This document shows, piece after piece, positions 13,603 to 26,732 of a DNA stretch of 64,000 nucleotides. Made by a program: the position numbers and the translations under genes. Under the pieces are notes generated by a model that was not told the origin of the DNA, did not search any database, and saw only the letters and a list, made by a program, of their open reading frames with translations. Position 1 is the stretch's first letter. Every line of letters begins with the position of its first letter. The stretch comes from Squalus acanthias (lineage: Eukaryota), in the NCBI GenBank assembly GCA_030390025.1, contig CM059425.1, forward strand, positions 51,894,001 through 51,958,000, given 5' to 3'.

Positions 13603-13777
13603 GTTATGGAGAAATGAATGGGACCTTTTTGGTGTGAGGTGACTCACAAAATGATCCAGAGGCAACAAGCATTGATAGTAAAGGTGAACTCAATGCTGAC
13701 TATTGAGGGAACCTGGCAGGACTTACAGAAGAAGCTGCACAACATAAAAAAAGCACAAAATGCTACGACAAGACTTA

Positions 13778-14490
13778 GGGGAAAAAATTAGTTATTGACC
13801 ATTTTGGGGCAATAACATCGCCTGGGCGCTAACTTTAGTGCCCGGTGCTAATTAGCGCCAGCGACCGCAAAATTGAGTTTTAGCGCCCCAAGAGGGAAGT
13901 GGAGTGCTCCATTTCCGTCTTAGGGCGTCAACGTCGGAGAGCAGGGCAGAGACTTCAACAGTGCTGCAAACTGGGCCATGAAGCGCTGCCGTGTTCAAAG
14001 GCTCCTTCCCTCCCTTAAAGGGAAGGGCCATTGCTGCAGGCTCTGCAATAGAAAAATTACCTACCTGGACCACCAAGGCAGCCGCGATCCAGTGCGATCA
14101 GCGGGCAGGAACCCATGAAAAAAAACTAGAACAGGAAAGGTAAGTTTTTTGTTACTTACCTCGGCCACCTCGCCTTTAATCATCACCCCCAAAGCGGCTG
14201 GCCGCCCGATGCACGTCTCCTGCAGCTGTCGGTGTTTTCGACCGGCGTTGCTGCAGGGGGCGGAAGTCAATTTCGGGTCCAGGCCTCTACTGGGGCGATG
14301 TACACGGCGATGACATCACGATCTCTGGGCGAAGGAGATCAGGGTGCAACGCCATAGCGCTGTCGCAAAACTCCCGCCGAATATGGCGGGAGTCGATGTC
14401 AGCGCTACACCTGGTCGCAAAGCCATTTACGCTCTGTTAGTACCCCCCGGGGTGCTAACGGGAGGCGCAAAGGCACCCAATTTCACCCCC
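13778..14490. mobile_element. MITE family C (Harbinger-like), copy 1
   Basis: Ends ggggaaaaaatt / aatttcaccccc flanked by TTA/TAA. Inverted homolog at 44269-44978 and a fragment at ~23330-23490. Subterminal ttagcgcc motifs also occur at the Harbinger 1 left end. Confidence 0.78.
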
Positions 14491-14734
14491 TAAATATCTG
14501 GAAATACTGTATATGGAAATAAAAGAAAGACATCGGGCTGGATTTTCCCGGGTCCCACACGCACGGTGCGGGAGGACCCAGGAGACAGCGGGAAACCCGG
14601 AAGGTCAGGTTTCCCGGCACACTAACTCCACAGCATGCATGTGACGTCAGGGGCGAGTTCCCCACCCAGAAGTCAGCCATTCGTCCCAACAGGTCCATGC
14701 CGGCGTTTATGCTCCACACGAGCCCCCTCCCACC

Positions 14735-15870
14735 TGTGAAGGAATAAGCCATAAAATCTATTCAGAAAAATATACCATTCTATGAAAGAATTCTGGCCTT
14801 ATTAAAACATGACAGACTAGGTCTGGAAATCTAGAAACCTGGCTATGAAAAGCTGTGATAGCTTTCTGGCTATAGAGATAAGATAGTTGTTGACACTAAA
14901 TCAATAACCTTATTGAAACAGAAGGTTAAAGGCTCCCGACAGTCTGAATCTTTGGGAATAAACAATGGTTCACCCTAGTTAAGGTGTTCTAATTTACACT
15001 TCGTAAAGAAGCACAAACATTTGCCTTAAGTAAAAATGACATCAAATAAAATGCACCTGCTGTTACACCGTTTTTTATGGTAAGCTTGGAACACCTAGAG
15101 GAGAGGCATGATTCTGTATTGCTACCAGCTGAGGTGACTGTAAGAATTGCAGAAGTCAGCAGAAAAATGACTAGAGATAATTAGCTTACATCAGCAGAAA
15201 ACCTTAAAGAAAATACCACTGGAAAAGGGTATAAATATTGAACTCTCAAATGGGATAGTAGACTCGCTGTAAAGGGGCAAAATGATTCTCGGCTTCAGAG
15301 ACAGCTCTGTAAGTCTACAACTCTTTGTATCTCGGGGATCAAAGGTACTGTATTTGATTTTGGTGGATATCCTGAATAAGACTAAGAACTGTAAAACTGT
15401 AGCGAAGTTAAGATTTGAGAGTAAGGATCTCTGATAATAAGATTGTAAAGCTTTCTCTTTTTGGAACTGTTAATGTTGCGATTGACTTACCAACTGTAAA
15501 ATACATGTCAGTTCTTTAATAAATCTATATATTTTTAGAATTGTCTCACATAATACTTCTGTATCAAACTCGCGAACTCAATCTCTGTACGCTCTTTGGT
15601 GAGGAGTTGCAGAATTCTGGGGGAGTTTTCTGGACCCTCATAATATCCGGAATGTTACAGTCTAGCTAAACTTATTAAAAGTGCTATCTGGACGACGGTA
15701 ACATTTTCAGATTGTTCCTTTCCTTTAGGGAGAGATGGTCTGGACCTTTAGACCCAATTAAGCGTCTTTAGGATTCGGCTACCTCGAACTTTAGTTGAAA
15801 GTGAACATCTGAGGAATATGCCTGACCAAGGGTAGCCCTAAAGGGGCTAGGACTAGTAATTATCCCTTCA
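14735..15870 (+). mobile_element. Solo LTR (ERV or Gypsy type), 1136 bp
   Basis: TG...CA termini (tgtgaagg...ccttca) with a 4-bp TSD CACC (14731-14734 / 15871-15874). TATAAA at 15230 and AATAAA at 15518. It splits a CR1 3'-end fragment. Confidence 0.82.
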
Positions 15871-16827
15871 CACCCTTGTCATCGGGAGTGATGATTTTCA
15901 TGGTGTTCTGGTCCCTCTGCGCATGCGCCCCGTTTGGGGCACCTGAAGACCGTCTGCTAAGCCTGAAGACCATTTTGGTATCGAGCATGTGCACCCGACA
16001 GATAAGCCGACCGATACTGAACATCTTATTACTCCATGATGGCACCAGGCCTGAACCAGGATCCCATCACAAGCCGCCGGAGCTCAGGCTGGGGTTAGTC
16101 CCCCGTCAACGTGTCCAAAAGCCGGTGAACAGGCCGCGGCCCAAAGTTTCTCTCTCCTTCAGTGATTGGCTGTGGCCCAAGGTTTTCTCTCTCCTTCGGG
16201 GTTGAGGCAGCAACTCAACCGGTGGCCCTCTGGGTCTTCACTTTCCCAACAACTGAGCCCAGGAAAAGGCGGCAGTGCCCAAACCACAGCGGGTAACAAA
16301 AGGAGGGTGAAGCCTGGGGGCCTACAATCCCCAGGATCCCCAGCAAAAGTTCAATTAACGCCCGGTAACTCTGAGCTGCCATGCCAGGATGGCCCGGGAT
16401 GGAGATTTTATCTCAGTATTTAATCTGTTCACTCACTGTGGACTCAGTTGGGCACTAGGATTCTCTTCAGTGTTGGTTAAATTACCACAGACCCGGGGAG
16501 GGAGGAATTCAAGTTTAAATCAAAAACATGGATCAAGTTTGTTTTACAGGTTCCCCTCAAATGGTTCAATCTTTCCACAGGCCAAGGATTGAGGGAGGAA
16601 GGGAGTGAGTGAGAAATAAAGTTAAAGGGCTTCCCATTGACCTCCATTTCCTGTGGGATTTATAACCAAACTGAAGTCACTAAATGCCAGTTTATCAAAA
16701 ACACACACTTCACCTACCCTTCAAATAAAAAAAATCATAACTTGGGATGGTGAAGCCTGAGCTGATTTAATGCCTTTGGGAAACTAACTTTTTCCACCCA
16801 CCAAAAGACCAAAAGTACAGGCTCTAT

Positions 16828-17013
16828 GATCCAGAAATTCTTCTCGAGCGGTGGCACAGAACGGGCGATATCGGATCAGCCGCCCATTATATGCAGTGTT
16901 TGATATTTAGCTCCGTTGACTGCAATGGAACTGAATATCAGGCGCTGCGTATAATGGGTGACCGATTCGATACCGCCCGTTCTGTGCCACCGCCCGAGAG
17001 GAATTTCTAGGCC
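16828..17013. mobile_element. 186-bp fully palindromic MITE
   Basis: Arms pair along the whole length (cggtggcacagaacgggcg / cgcccgttctgtgccaccg). Ends gatccagaaattc / gaatttctaggcc, 3-bp TSD TAT. Confidence 0.85.
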
Positions 17014-17416
17014 TATATATTTCTTGTTTCACTTCAATTGGACACAACACTTGGTTCTGGAAGGGGTGTCCCTGGGTCTCCTGTTTACAAAGCAAGTGTT
17101 TCAGTTCACTCTGCCACACACCATGGTTGCTTATTGATCAGATGATATGGGGACTGCAGCTGAAAAGGGAGTTTATGCAGAGATTGATCCGCTTTAAACA
17201 CAAATCTCATCTGTTTGGATTGGTGGATAATTGGAGGATCTTCATAAAGCTAACTATAGTTCCACATTCTGTAGTCTGGCAAGACTGGATCAAGTTACAC
17301 ATTGCAGGGTTGTCTACAGCAGGCAAGATCAAATTACACATTCCAGACAAACTGTTGGGTGTGTCTTGTCCTCTAAGGGGACCAATCAGAAATCTGGTAT
17401 TCCAAATAGATGCGAC

Positions 17417-18300
17417 CTTCTTCATCTAACCCCATCAACATATCCTTCTATTCCTGTCTCCCTCATGGGTTTATCTAGCTTCCTCTTAAATGCATCCGTG
17501 AGAGTCGCCTCAACTACTCCTTTTGGTAGCAAGTATCACATTCAAACCACTCTCTGGGTAAAGAAGGTTCTCCTGAGTTCCCTCTTGGATTTATTAGTGA
17601 CTAGCTTAGATTTATGGCCCCTAGTTCTGGTCTCCCTCGCAAGTGGATAGATTCCAGTAACTTCCCCACAATTGATGTTACACTGACAGGTCTGTAGTTG
17701 CCTGGTTTTTCCCTCCCTCCAGTCTTAAATAATGGAGTGATATTTGCAATTTTCAATCCAAAGGCACAATATCTGAAACTAGAGCTCTTTGGAAAATTAT
17801 GACTAATGCATCTGCAATTTCCTCACCTATTTCCTTTAACACCCTAGGGTGGAAACCATTGGGTCCTGGAGATCTGTCGATCTTAAGTCCCATTATTATC
17901 TCCATTACCCTGTTTGTTATTTATATTAAATACAATAAGCTCTTCCCTTTGACTTGTTAGTTTCCCTTTTCCTCTTCCTCCACTTTGTGGGCGGATACAA
18001 AGTACTCATTTAACAAATCTGTTATTTTCTTACTCTCACTTGCATCCGTCTTTAGTGGGCTCACATTCCCCTTCAGCACTTTTTTTTAACATATTTACAT
18101 ATTTATAGAAAAAACTTTTGCTGTTAGCTTTGATATCCCTTACGCGTTTTTTCATATTCCTTTTTGCACCTTATTACTTTCTTTGTATCCCTTTGTTGTT
18201 TCCTATAGCTCTCTGTGCGCTATATTTCCACTTTTCCTTGCATTTCTGTAAGCCTTTTCTTTCAGCTTGATACTCTCTCTTTCCTAATTTTTTGACCATG
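17417..18300 (-). mobile_element. Internally deleted CR1 LINE, copy 1
   Basis: CR1 3' end is joined at aagtgg|atagattccag to the pre-RT region (RPVSVTSIV, SPGPNGFHPRVLKE). Confidence 0.85.
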
Positions 18301-18624
18301 GTTGCTTAATCAGCTAATGGTAGTTTACTGCATTGACATTCTGCACCAGCGAAAGGTGGAATAGGGGTTCACACCCACAAATCCCCAGACGACAAGTTCT
18401 TGCTTTCAGCTATGTGCCAGCATTGGAAGGATCCAAGTGGAGTCCAAATACTTTCCTAGTAGGAGAGTGCGAGTCATCCCAGAGCCATAACTAGTTTCAA
18501 TGTGGCAGATTATTTGCTGTTCAGCCTTGGATGGTACATACAGAGAGATCAAGAGCAGGGAAAGGGAGGTAAATAAATTTTTTTCAAAAAAATATCCCTT
18601 ACAGTAAAAAATAACAAGCATAGT

Positions 18625-18798
18625 TATTTTTTATTCATTCACGGGATGTGGGCGTCGCTGGCAAGGCCAGCATTTATTGCCCATCCCTAATTGCCCTTGA
18701 GAAGATGGTGGTGAGCTGCCTTCTTGAACCGCTGCAGTCCGTGTGGTGAAGGTATTCCCACTGTGCTGTTAGGGAGGGAGTTCCAGGATTTTGACCCA
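18625..18798 (-). mobile_element. 3' tip of the LINE family found at 1880-4069
   Basis: Reverse complement of the 3930-4069 region, including the poly(A) tail. Confidence 0.85.
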
Positions 18799-19913
18799 GT
18801 CAAATTATATAAAATTCATTATCTAAATTTTAAGTATGTGAAGACAGTGCAAAGTATTTTTTCAATTAATTTTCGATCATCAGGGGAAACATGCAATAAG
18901 CATATAACTGAGGTCATTTGAAATCAGAAATATTTCTGTTTAATGCCAGGAGCTCTCAGGTGTGTGAGAAGCAGCAAGTATTTGTTCCTATTACCAGGTT
19001 TCCTTGTAATATTTAATCACTTTATTATAATTTTTTTATCTTCTCCACTCAAGTAAACTAAACATTGACAAAAATGCAGTTTGTCAATGTAGATGTAAAT
19101 TGAGGTGTTGAAGTAATACTGCCAGATAAACCTTCACTATGGCCTTATTCTCAATAACCTTTTTTTAATCAAGTAACCTCTTCTTTTATATACATTTAAG
19201 ATATATATATTCTTGTTTACATTCCCTGTAGTTGGAGTCCTTCCGATCTGGGCTAAGATCTTCTTAGCATTTAAAAAATTGGATGAAGAAAACATAAATT
19301 TCTCCATTCAGCCCCAGCTCCTTGTCTCTTTGCTCCATTATTGTTTTTAGTGGAGAAATGCGGCAGTGTTAGGGCTGAGGTTAAGCAAAGAAACACCATG
19401 GCTGGAATTTTAACTTTGAAGTGCGTGCAGATTTTCGAGCGGGTGGGCAGTTAAAAGCGCTGAAATTGACAGCGTGTCAGGAAGCCAGCTTCAACCCATC
19501 GGCTTCCGCCTTTAACTCTGGCGCGTTAGTCAGAAACCTGCTTTGGAGAGGCGGGTGAGCTAATTAAAGTAGTTGAGAGCTTGTAAAGAGGCTATTAACA
19601 GCCTTTTTAACCTGATGTTGCAGCTTTTGCTGGCTGTCTATGGGATTCATGGGCTTGCTGAACCTCGCCAATGAAAGCAAGGCAAGAGCAGAGCGGCCAT
19701 TGTGGGAGTTGAACGATTGATAGTAAAAAAAAAAAATCACAAATACTCACAGCTGCTTCCTTGACTAAGGGAAAGGCTCTTGCTGACACCATTTGTGCTG
19801 AGAGTTTGTTTTCAGGAGTTTGCAGGTGATTTCTACAACCTTGGAAGTCACTCTCACTACATTGGAGGATTGTGCCTCTGATCTCCACTTTTCCTGGCAT
19901 CTATCAGATCAGC

Positions 19914-21112
19914 ATGGGTGCCGCTTATGCTGTCTCACAATGGACCTCAGATTTGGACCAAGATGCGCCCCAGTAGCAACAACACCAGCAGCAGCCTTCT
20001 CCTCACCGATCTGCTGCTCCACAGGAGAGAGGGGATCAGCACAGGGGTGCACCTCGCAGGAGGCGATACACCCAACACAGGGTATATAGGCAGAGGATCA
20101 GCTTTCTGGACATGACTGAGCAGCAGTGCCTCAGGAGGCTCAGGCTATTGCGTCAGGTCGTGGCAAACGTTTGTACCCTGCTGGAAGAAGACCTGCTGCC
20201 AAGTGGACCTGGAGGACACGTGTACCAGTGGCTGTCAAAGTGACCACCGCCTTCAACTTCTTCACCTCAGGCTCCTTCCAGGGATCTGCAGGAGACAGAT
20301 GCAGTATGTTGCAGTCGGCCACCCACAAATGCATCACCCAGGTGACTGATGCCATGTTTGCTAGGGCAGGCAGTTATGTATACTTTGCCACCAATGAAGC
20401 CAGTGTTACTGAGCGGGCGCTCAGCTTTGCGGCTCTGGCTGGCTTCCCACAGGTGCAGGGCATCATCGACTGTACATATGCCAATCAAGACACCCCAAAT
20501 CACCCAGGAGTGTTCGTGAACCGTAAGGGCTTCCACACCATCAATGTGCAGCTCATATGCAACCACAAAAAGATCATGCATGTGTGCGCCAGATTCCCAG
20601 GGAGCTGTCATGATTATTTCATCCTACGCCCTCCCTCATCTCTTCGCACCTCTGACCAGAATTACCGGCTGGCTGCTTGGAGACAAGGGGTATCCACTGA
20701 AGATGTGGCTGATGACACCCTTGAGGAGGCCAGGCAATGAGGCAGAGGAGCGCTACAATCAAAGCCAGATGACGACGAGATGTGTAATAGAGCAAGCAAT
20801 CGGGATGCTGAAGATGCGCTTCAGATGCCTGGACAGATCTGGAGGAGCCCTTCAATATGCACCAACCAGGGTTTCCAGAATGATCGTGGTGTGCTGCGTG
20901 CTGCACAACACAGTGCAGCAGCGAGGATTGGAGCTGCAGGAGGAGCAAGGCGCCGAGCCTCTTTGGAGGAGGAGGAAGATGAGGGAGATGAGCAGGAGGT
21001 ACACAAGGAGGTGGAGGAAGAGGAGGAACCTGAAGTGCAGATGGCACCAGCAGCGGCGCATATTGCTGCCCGGGAGGCTCAGGATGGTCTCATAATGGCA
21101 CAATTTAGTTAA
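19914..21112 (+). pseudogene. HARBI1-like DDE transposase pseudogene
   Basis: Overlapping ORFs 20126..20740, 20544..21095 and 20780..21112 give [67 protein letters not shown] and an acidic tail. Several frameshifts. Confidence 0.93.
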
Positions 21113-21499
21113 ATTGCACCAGTGCATCCATATGGCACCCAGATGCTGAACCAAATTCTGCCCCCCAACCCCCAACAACACCACAAAGCAATCCTAAAAT
21201 AGCCAAACCATTCCTATCACACATGCTCAAAGTTAAGAAATGTCTTACCATTCACTTCAACTGACAAGGCCACTTTCCAGGTATCAGGCAAAAATGTACA
21301 AGACGGGAAAGTGGTGCAAAGAAATAAATTTATGTGGCTCACAACTGCAACAGAAAATTAACCCTCTAACATTTTATAACACACCCCTGTGCATCTATAA
21401 TTGTGTCCTTTTTCTTTTTCTGCTACTTCTACGAGGTATAACCCCTGTGGCTTCAGCAGAGGTAGAGGCAGGCTGCTCACATCCCTTCTCTGACTGCTT

Positions 21500-23200
21500 A
21501 GACACTTTTGGGTTTTGGAGCCTTTGAGGGCCCCGCCAAAGACTGCTCCTCCTGCATCTGTGTAGGGGCAGACTTGGCCATCGGGATCTAAGGCAGCATG
21601 TGACTGAGAGGGGGGCAACAGGCTAGAAGTGGGAGCGCTTTGTGCAGAGACCCCACTTCCATGTCCCCTCTCACCATCATCCCTCTCATGGCCCACCCAC
21701 ACTTCCCTGCTAGCAAGGAGCTGGAGAGCATTTGTTGCATATTAGTGGGGTGATTAAGGGCCAAGTCTAGGTTTGCATCCTTCCTAGATATGGCTGCAAT
21801 CAGATTCTGCAAGCTGTTGTTCACAGCAAGCATGCACTCGTTTGACTGGCGTATTTGATGCTCCATGAAGGTGGCCACCCTTTCCATGGACGAACACATC
21901 GTCGACATCGCCTGCGACATGGTGCTGCTCATGTTGGAGATGGACTCCTCCATTCTCCCTACAATCGAGCACATCGCGGCTGGAAAAGCAGCCAGATCCT
22001 CCCGCATTTTTGTTGCTCCTCAAAAATCATCCTCTTTGTCGAGGGCCCCCGAGGTTCAGCATCTTTGTCCAACTGCTGGTGCGTCCTGCGCCCCCTCGAC
22101 GAGGACTTTCCACTGCTGTCCCTATCTCCACCATCTGCGCTTGCTCGCATGTGATCTATGAGACACCAGGTGACAACACTACTCTCTCTCTTACTGGACC
22201 CACCGACGTGTGCGTATCTGCGCTGGTGCTGGGTGTGCATGAGTCATGTGACGGTGCACCCTCAGAGACCGTGGCCTCCTCTGAGGAGTCGTCTTCCTCC
22301 TCTGGCTGGACAGAGTTCTGACGAAGGGTCATTGACCTGAAACGTTAACTCTTTCTCTCTCCACAGATGATGCCTGACCTGCTGAGAATTTCCAGCATTT
22401 TCTGTTTTTATTACACCATGAGTGACTGTTGTTTGCCATGTGGCTGTATGATATTTAATTCTGTCACCAGGTAGCTGGGAGGTCCCCCTCTCTCCATCTC
22501 CCACCGCCAGCAGCTCCACTGATGTCCAGGGCCTCCTCCTGTGCTGTAGTCAATGGTGTGGTTACTGCAGGGCCTCCTCCAGTTCTCTGCCTCTCCTGGG
22601 TGTTCTGTGCTCACTTCTCCTGCAAGGAGGGAAACAAGAGACCTTTGAGTGAGAGTCATGGAATGAGTGGAAGGGATAGATGGGCCACATCTGTAGAGGG
22701 TGACTATGAGGGAGTGGCATGACATTGCCGAACGGCCTCCTTCTGTGGCATTAATTTCTATGATTCTATGATTGCATTAGGATGAGGGTGAGTGTCAGTG
22801 GTGGATAGTCAGATGGGGATGTGAGTAAGTGCATAGACAGAGAGGGATGGGTGGACCTGCACGGTAGGTTGGTGTGAGGAGTGATGTGCAGGAGTAGGCT
22901 TGGGAAGGCAGAGTGAGGGGGTTGGGGCGGCACGCACTTCAGGATGTAGGGAATTGTGGCATTGTACTCACCTTTCTTGACCTCATGAGGTCATTAAAGG
23001 GCTTCCTGCACTGGATCCATGACCTGGGAACCACAATCCTGCTGCTCACTTCTTCCGAGATCACCAGCCATGCCTTCTTGGTCTCGGTTGCTGGCCTCTT
23101 CCTTCCGTCACCAGAGAAGAGGACCTCCCTGCGGGCCCTGACTCCTTGGAGCAGGATTTCCAGGGAGGCATCACTGAATCTCAGGGCAGCTTAATGGTGC
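21500..23200 (-). pseudogene. Harbinger Myb/SANT-like gene remnant (exons ~23200-22972, 22619-22468, ~22310-21500)
   Basis: Exon 1 LRFSDASLEILLQGVRARREVLF...AWLVISEEVS...WIQCRKPFNDLMRSRK|GTGAGT. Exon 2 ttgcag|EK*AQNTQERQRTGGGP. Exon 3 includes the Met-rich helical ORF 21588..22007. Confidence 0.85.
22314..22412 (+). mobile_element. Penelope-like pLTR fragment with minimal hammerhead core
   Basis: AGTT-CTGACGA-AGGGTCATTGACCT-GAAACGTT-AACT at 22314-22350. Homologous to the 3' end of the Penelope at 47930-48030. Confidence 0.8.
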
Positions 23201-23489
23201 TGAGCCTGCATTTTTGATTATCAAGCAGTATAAATTTATTTACCAACACACAACTTACTATTTACACAATCCACTCTCTTCCCCAACACCCTCTCTAGCC
23301 AAGCGTTAATGTTTCTAAACTTTAAAAAAATTCGGTTTTGCACTCCAGGAAGGAAGTGGAGCGCTAAATCAAGCGCACAACTTCATTCCTGGAGCGCAAC
23401 AGGCAGCAGGCAGGGCAGAGACTTCAGCAGCACTGCACACTGGGCTATGCAGCACTGCCACATTCAAAGGCTCCTTCCCTCCCTCAAAG

Positions 23490-23830
23490 GATTTGAGCAT
23501 GTAATCTAGGCTCACACTTCAGTGTAGTACCGAGGGTGTGCTGCATTGTTGGAGGTGCCATCCTTAGATGAAAGTTTGAACCGAAACCCCGGTACTATTT
23601 GAAGAAAAGCATGTCTCTCCTTTTGCCATCATTTCTCCCTCAGCCACCATCACCAAAAACATTAACTCATTTGTCTCACTGTTGCTTGCGGGATCTTAGC
23701 ATGCATAAATTGATTGCCGTTTGTACCTGTAAAACAACAGTACTACAAACTTCAATGTAACTACTTCTATATGAAGCGCTTTTGGGACATTATTGAAGAC
23801 ATAGTAAGCAGCTATATAATTGGAAGTATT
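23490..23830 (+). mobile_element. Deu-domain SINE, diverged
   Basis: Degenerate match to the 59995-60395 copy. Confidence 0.7.
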
Positions 23831-23929
23831 TTTCAAAAAATGGTGTGTAGTGTAATGCTGGAATGTGGGTTACCCCTGCAATTTCCCCTCCGTGTACGGA
23901 GTTCTCAGACTTCGCTCTGCTGTAATGGC

Positions 23930-24700
23930 TATTCCATACAATCCACACGAGCCTCCTCCCATCTTACTTCATCTAACCCCATCAACATATCCTTCTATTC
24001 CTTTCTCCCTCATCTGTTTATCTAGCTTCCCCTTAAACGCATCTATGCTAGTCGCCTCAACTATTCCTTGTGGTAGCGAGTTCCAGATTCTAACCACTCT
24101 CTGGGTAAAGAAGGTTCTCCTGAATTCCCTTTTGGATTTATTAGTGACTATCTTATATTTATGGCCCCTAGTTCTGGTCTTCCCCACAAGTGGATAGATT
24201 CCAGTAACTCCTCCACAATTGATGTTACACTGACAGGTCTGTAGTTACCTGGTTTTTCCCTCCCTCCAGTCTTAAATAATGGAGTAACATTTGCAATTTT
24301 CCAATCCAAAGGCACAATTCCTGAATCTAGAGAGCTTTGGAAAATTATGACTAATGCATCTGCAATTCCCTCACATATTTCCTTTAATACCCTGGGGTGG
24401 AAACCATTGGGTCCTGGAGATCTGTCGATTTTAAGTTCCATTATTTTCTCCATTACCCTGTTTGTTATTTATATTAAATACAATAAGTTCTTCCCATTGA
24501 ATGTATTTAGGTTCCCTTGTCCTCTTCCTCCACTTTGTGGGCAGATACAAAGTACGTATTTAACAAATCTGTTATTTTCTTATTCTTGCTTGCATCCATC
24601 TTTAGTGGGCCCATGTTCCCCTTCAGCACTTTTTCTTAATATCTTTATAAAAAAAACTTTTGCTGTTAGCTCTGATATTCCTTTTTGCACCTTATTACTG
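23930..24700 (-). mobile_element. Internally deleted CR1 LINE, copy 2
   Basis: ORFs 23969..24187 and 24148..24453. Has the same deletion junction as 17417-18300. Confidence 0.87.
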
Positions 24701-25135
24701 TTTATGATCCACACGAGCCTCTTCCCACCTTACTACATCTAACCCTATCAGCACATCTTTCTATCCCTTTCTCCCTCATGTACTTATCTAGCTTCCCCTT
24801 AAATGTATCTGTGCTGTTCACCTCAACTACTCCATGTGGTAGCGAGTTCCACATTCTAACCAATTTCTGAGTAAAGAAGTTTCTCCTGAATTCCTTATTG
24901 GATTTATTAGTGACTATCTTATATTTATGGTCCCTAGTTTAGGACCCTCACAAGTGGAAACACCTTCCCTACATCTACCCTATTGAACCTCTTCATAATT
25001 TTAAAGTCCTCGATCAGGTCACCTCTCAGCCTTCTATTTTCTAGAGAAAAGAGCCCCAGCCTGTTCAGTCTTTCCTGATAGTTATAACCTCTCAGTTCTG
25101 GTATTATCCTTGTAAATCTTTTTTTACACCTTCTC
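24700..25135 (-). mobile_element. CR1 LINE 3' fragment
   Basis: ORF 24934..25191 RFTRIIPELRGYNYQERLNRLGLFSLENRRLRGDLIE. Confidence 0.85.
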
Positions 25136-25354
25136 GAGGCTATGGCCAGATAGCAGAGGCCAGACACTTTCCCTACATGTAGAGACAGCAAATCAGAAGG
25201 GGAGACACCTACGGATGACCTTTATGTAAATCCTTATGTTCAGTTTTACAGCAGCATTGGTGGAGACAAGGAGCAGTCCACTTTCCCACTTTCTCAACTT
25301 TGCATGGTGCAAATACTTGTTCTTTTATTAATTGGACACTATGGAGTGATCTTC

Positions 25355-25688
25355 AGATTCTGAGGGGGCTTGACAGGGTAGATGCAGGGAGAGTTTCAGG
25401 ATAAGGGGTCGCCCATTTAAAACGGCGATGAGGAGGAATTTCTTCTCTCAGAGGGTCGTGAATCTTTGGAATTCTCTACCCCAGAGAGCTGTGGAGGCAG
25501 AGTCATTGAATATATTCAAGGTGGAGATAGACATATATTTGAGCTACAGGGAGTCAAGGGTTATGGGGAGCGGGCGGAAAAGTGGCGTTGAGGCCAAGAT
25601 CAGATCAGCCATGACCTTAATGAATGGCGGGGCAGGCTCGAGGGACTAAATGGCCTACTCCTGCTCCTATTCCTTATGTTCTTATGTT
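25355..25688 (+). mobile_element. CR1 LINE 3' fragment
   Basis: RRNFFSQRVVNLWNSLP, with tail ctcctgctcctattccttatgttcttatg. Confidence 0.88.
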
Positions 25689-26732
25689 CAAATACAAAGA
25701 CAAAGCTATTCTAAGGCTTTATCCCATCGTATTGCTTTATAGAAAATATGCAGTCCTTGAGTTGTATAATCATTAAGAACCTGAGAGAAATGCTGGAGCA
25801 TTTTTACTGTTAGGTAATGTGTCCAAATGTTGCAACCGGCAGCTTGAGGATAACTTAGTGTGGAGAAAGACAAGAAAATAGGGGTGGTGGTGTGCAGGAT
25901 GTCAGTTTTACTTGCAGAAAGTATGGTAGGCTTAATCTTTAGATGTCTCTATTGCACTTTGTAAATACAACAACTTGCATTTATATAGTATCTTTAACAT
26001 AGTGAGCATCCCAAGACACCAAGTAGCAGAACAAACAGCATTAGGAGAGTTGACTGAAGGCATAGTTGAGGACTTGGGTTTTCTAGAGTTTTTTGAAGGT
26101 GGGCAGAGAGGTAGCAAAGTGGAAGGGTACTTGGCATTGCATTTACAATGCACAGCTAAAAATCTAAAGTTAGAACAGCAGCACTGGATGAAGTGCATTG
26201 ATAAAGATAAATTCAAAAAAAAGTTTCATATCTTGAGATTTTGTGTTATTTCTGATTTCCATTAGATTTCTGGGAAATAAAAAGTTATGTAATGCATTTC
26301 ACAAACTGCAGTGTTTTGTGTGTACATAGTTCTAGCATAAGTGAAAACAGAACCAGTGATTCTCATTAACACATACAATGATGTAAATTAATAGCTCATG
26401 GTCCAGCTGAAATACTATCTGAAACAGTAAGATAAGGGAACAGAGGATCATATTTTCCTCTGTTCATAAAAAAAAATAGGGAAATGTTCATATTTGACTA
26501 ACTAATGAAGAAAACACATCCAATCAAAAATTGCTCAAACAGCAATTTTAACACTTCTCAAGCAGCTGATGAATGAACTGCTATAAAATGTCAAAAATTG
26601 TTAATACACCAATGGATACATAATATTTGCACTAAATGGCTCAACAAAAATTGAGAAAAATCATAATATATCCATAAGTTCCTACATGTCAAACAATCAG
26701 AAAGAAACATGAATTTCACTACATCTTACAAT

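Larger units (their letters stand above)
19400..23210 (+). mobile_element. PIF/Harbinger DNA transposon 2 (decayed; right TIR not identified)
   Basis: Left end ggctggaatttt. Transposase on + and a convergent three-exon Myb/SANT gene on -. Confidence 0.88.

Noticed and set aside
19914-21112. Domesticated HARBI1 host gene
   Set aside because: It has multiple frameshifts, a TIR-like end and an adjacent decayed Myb/SANT gene, so it is a transposon copy.
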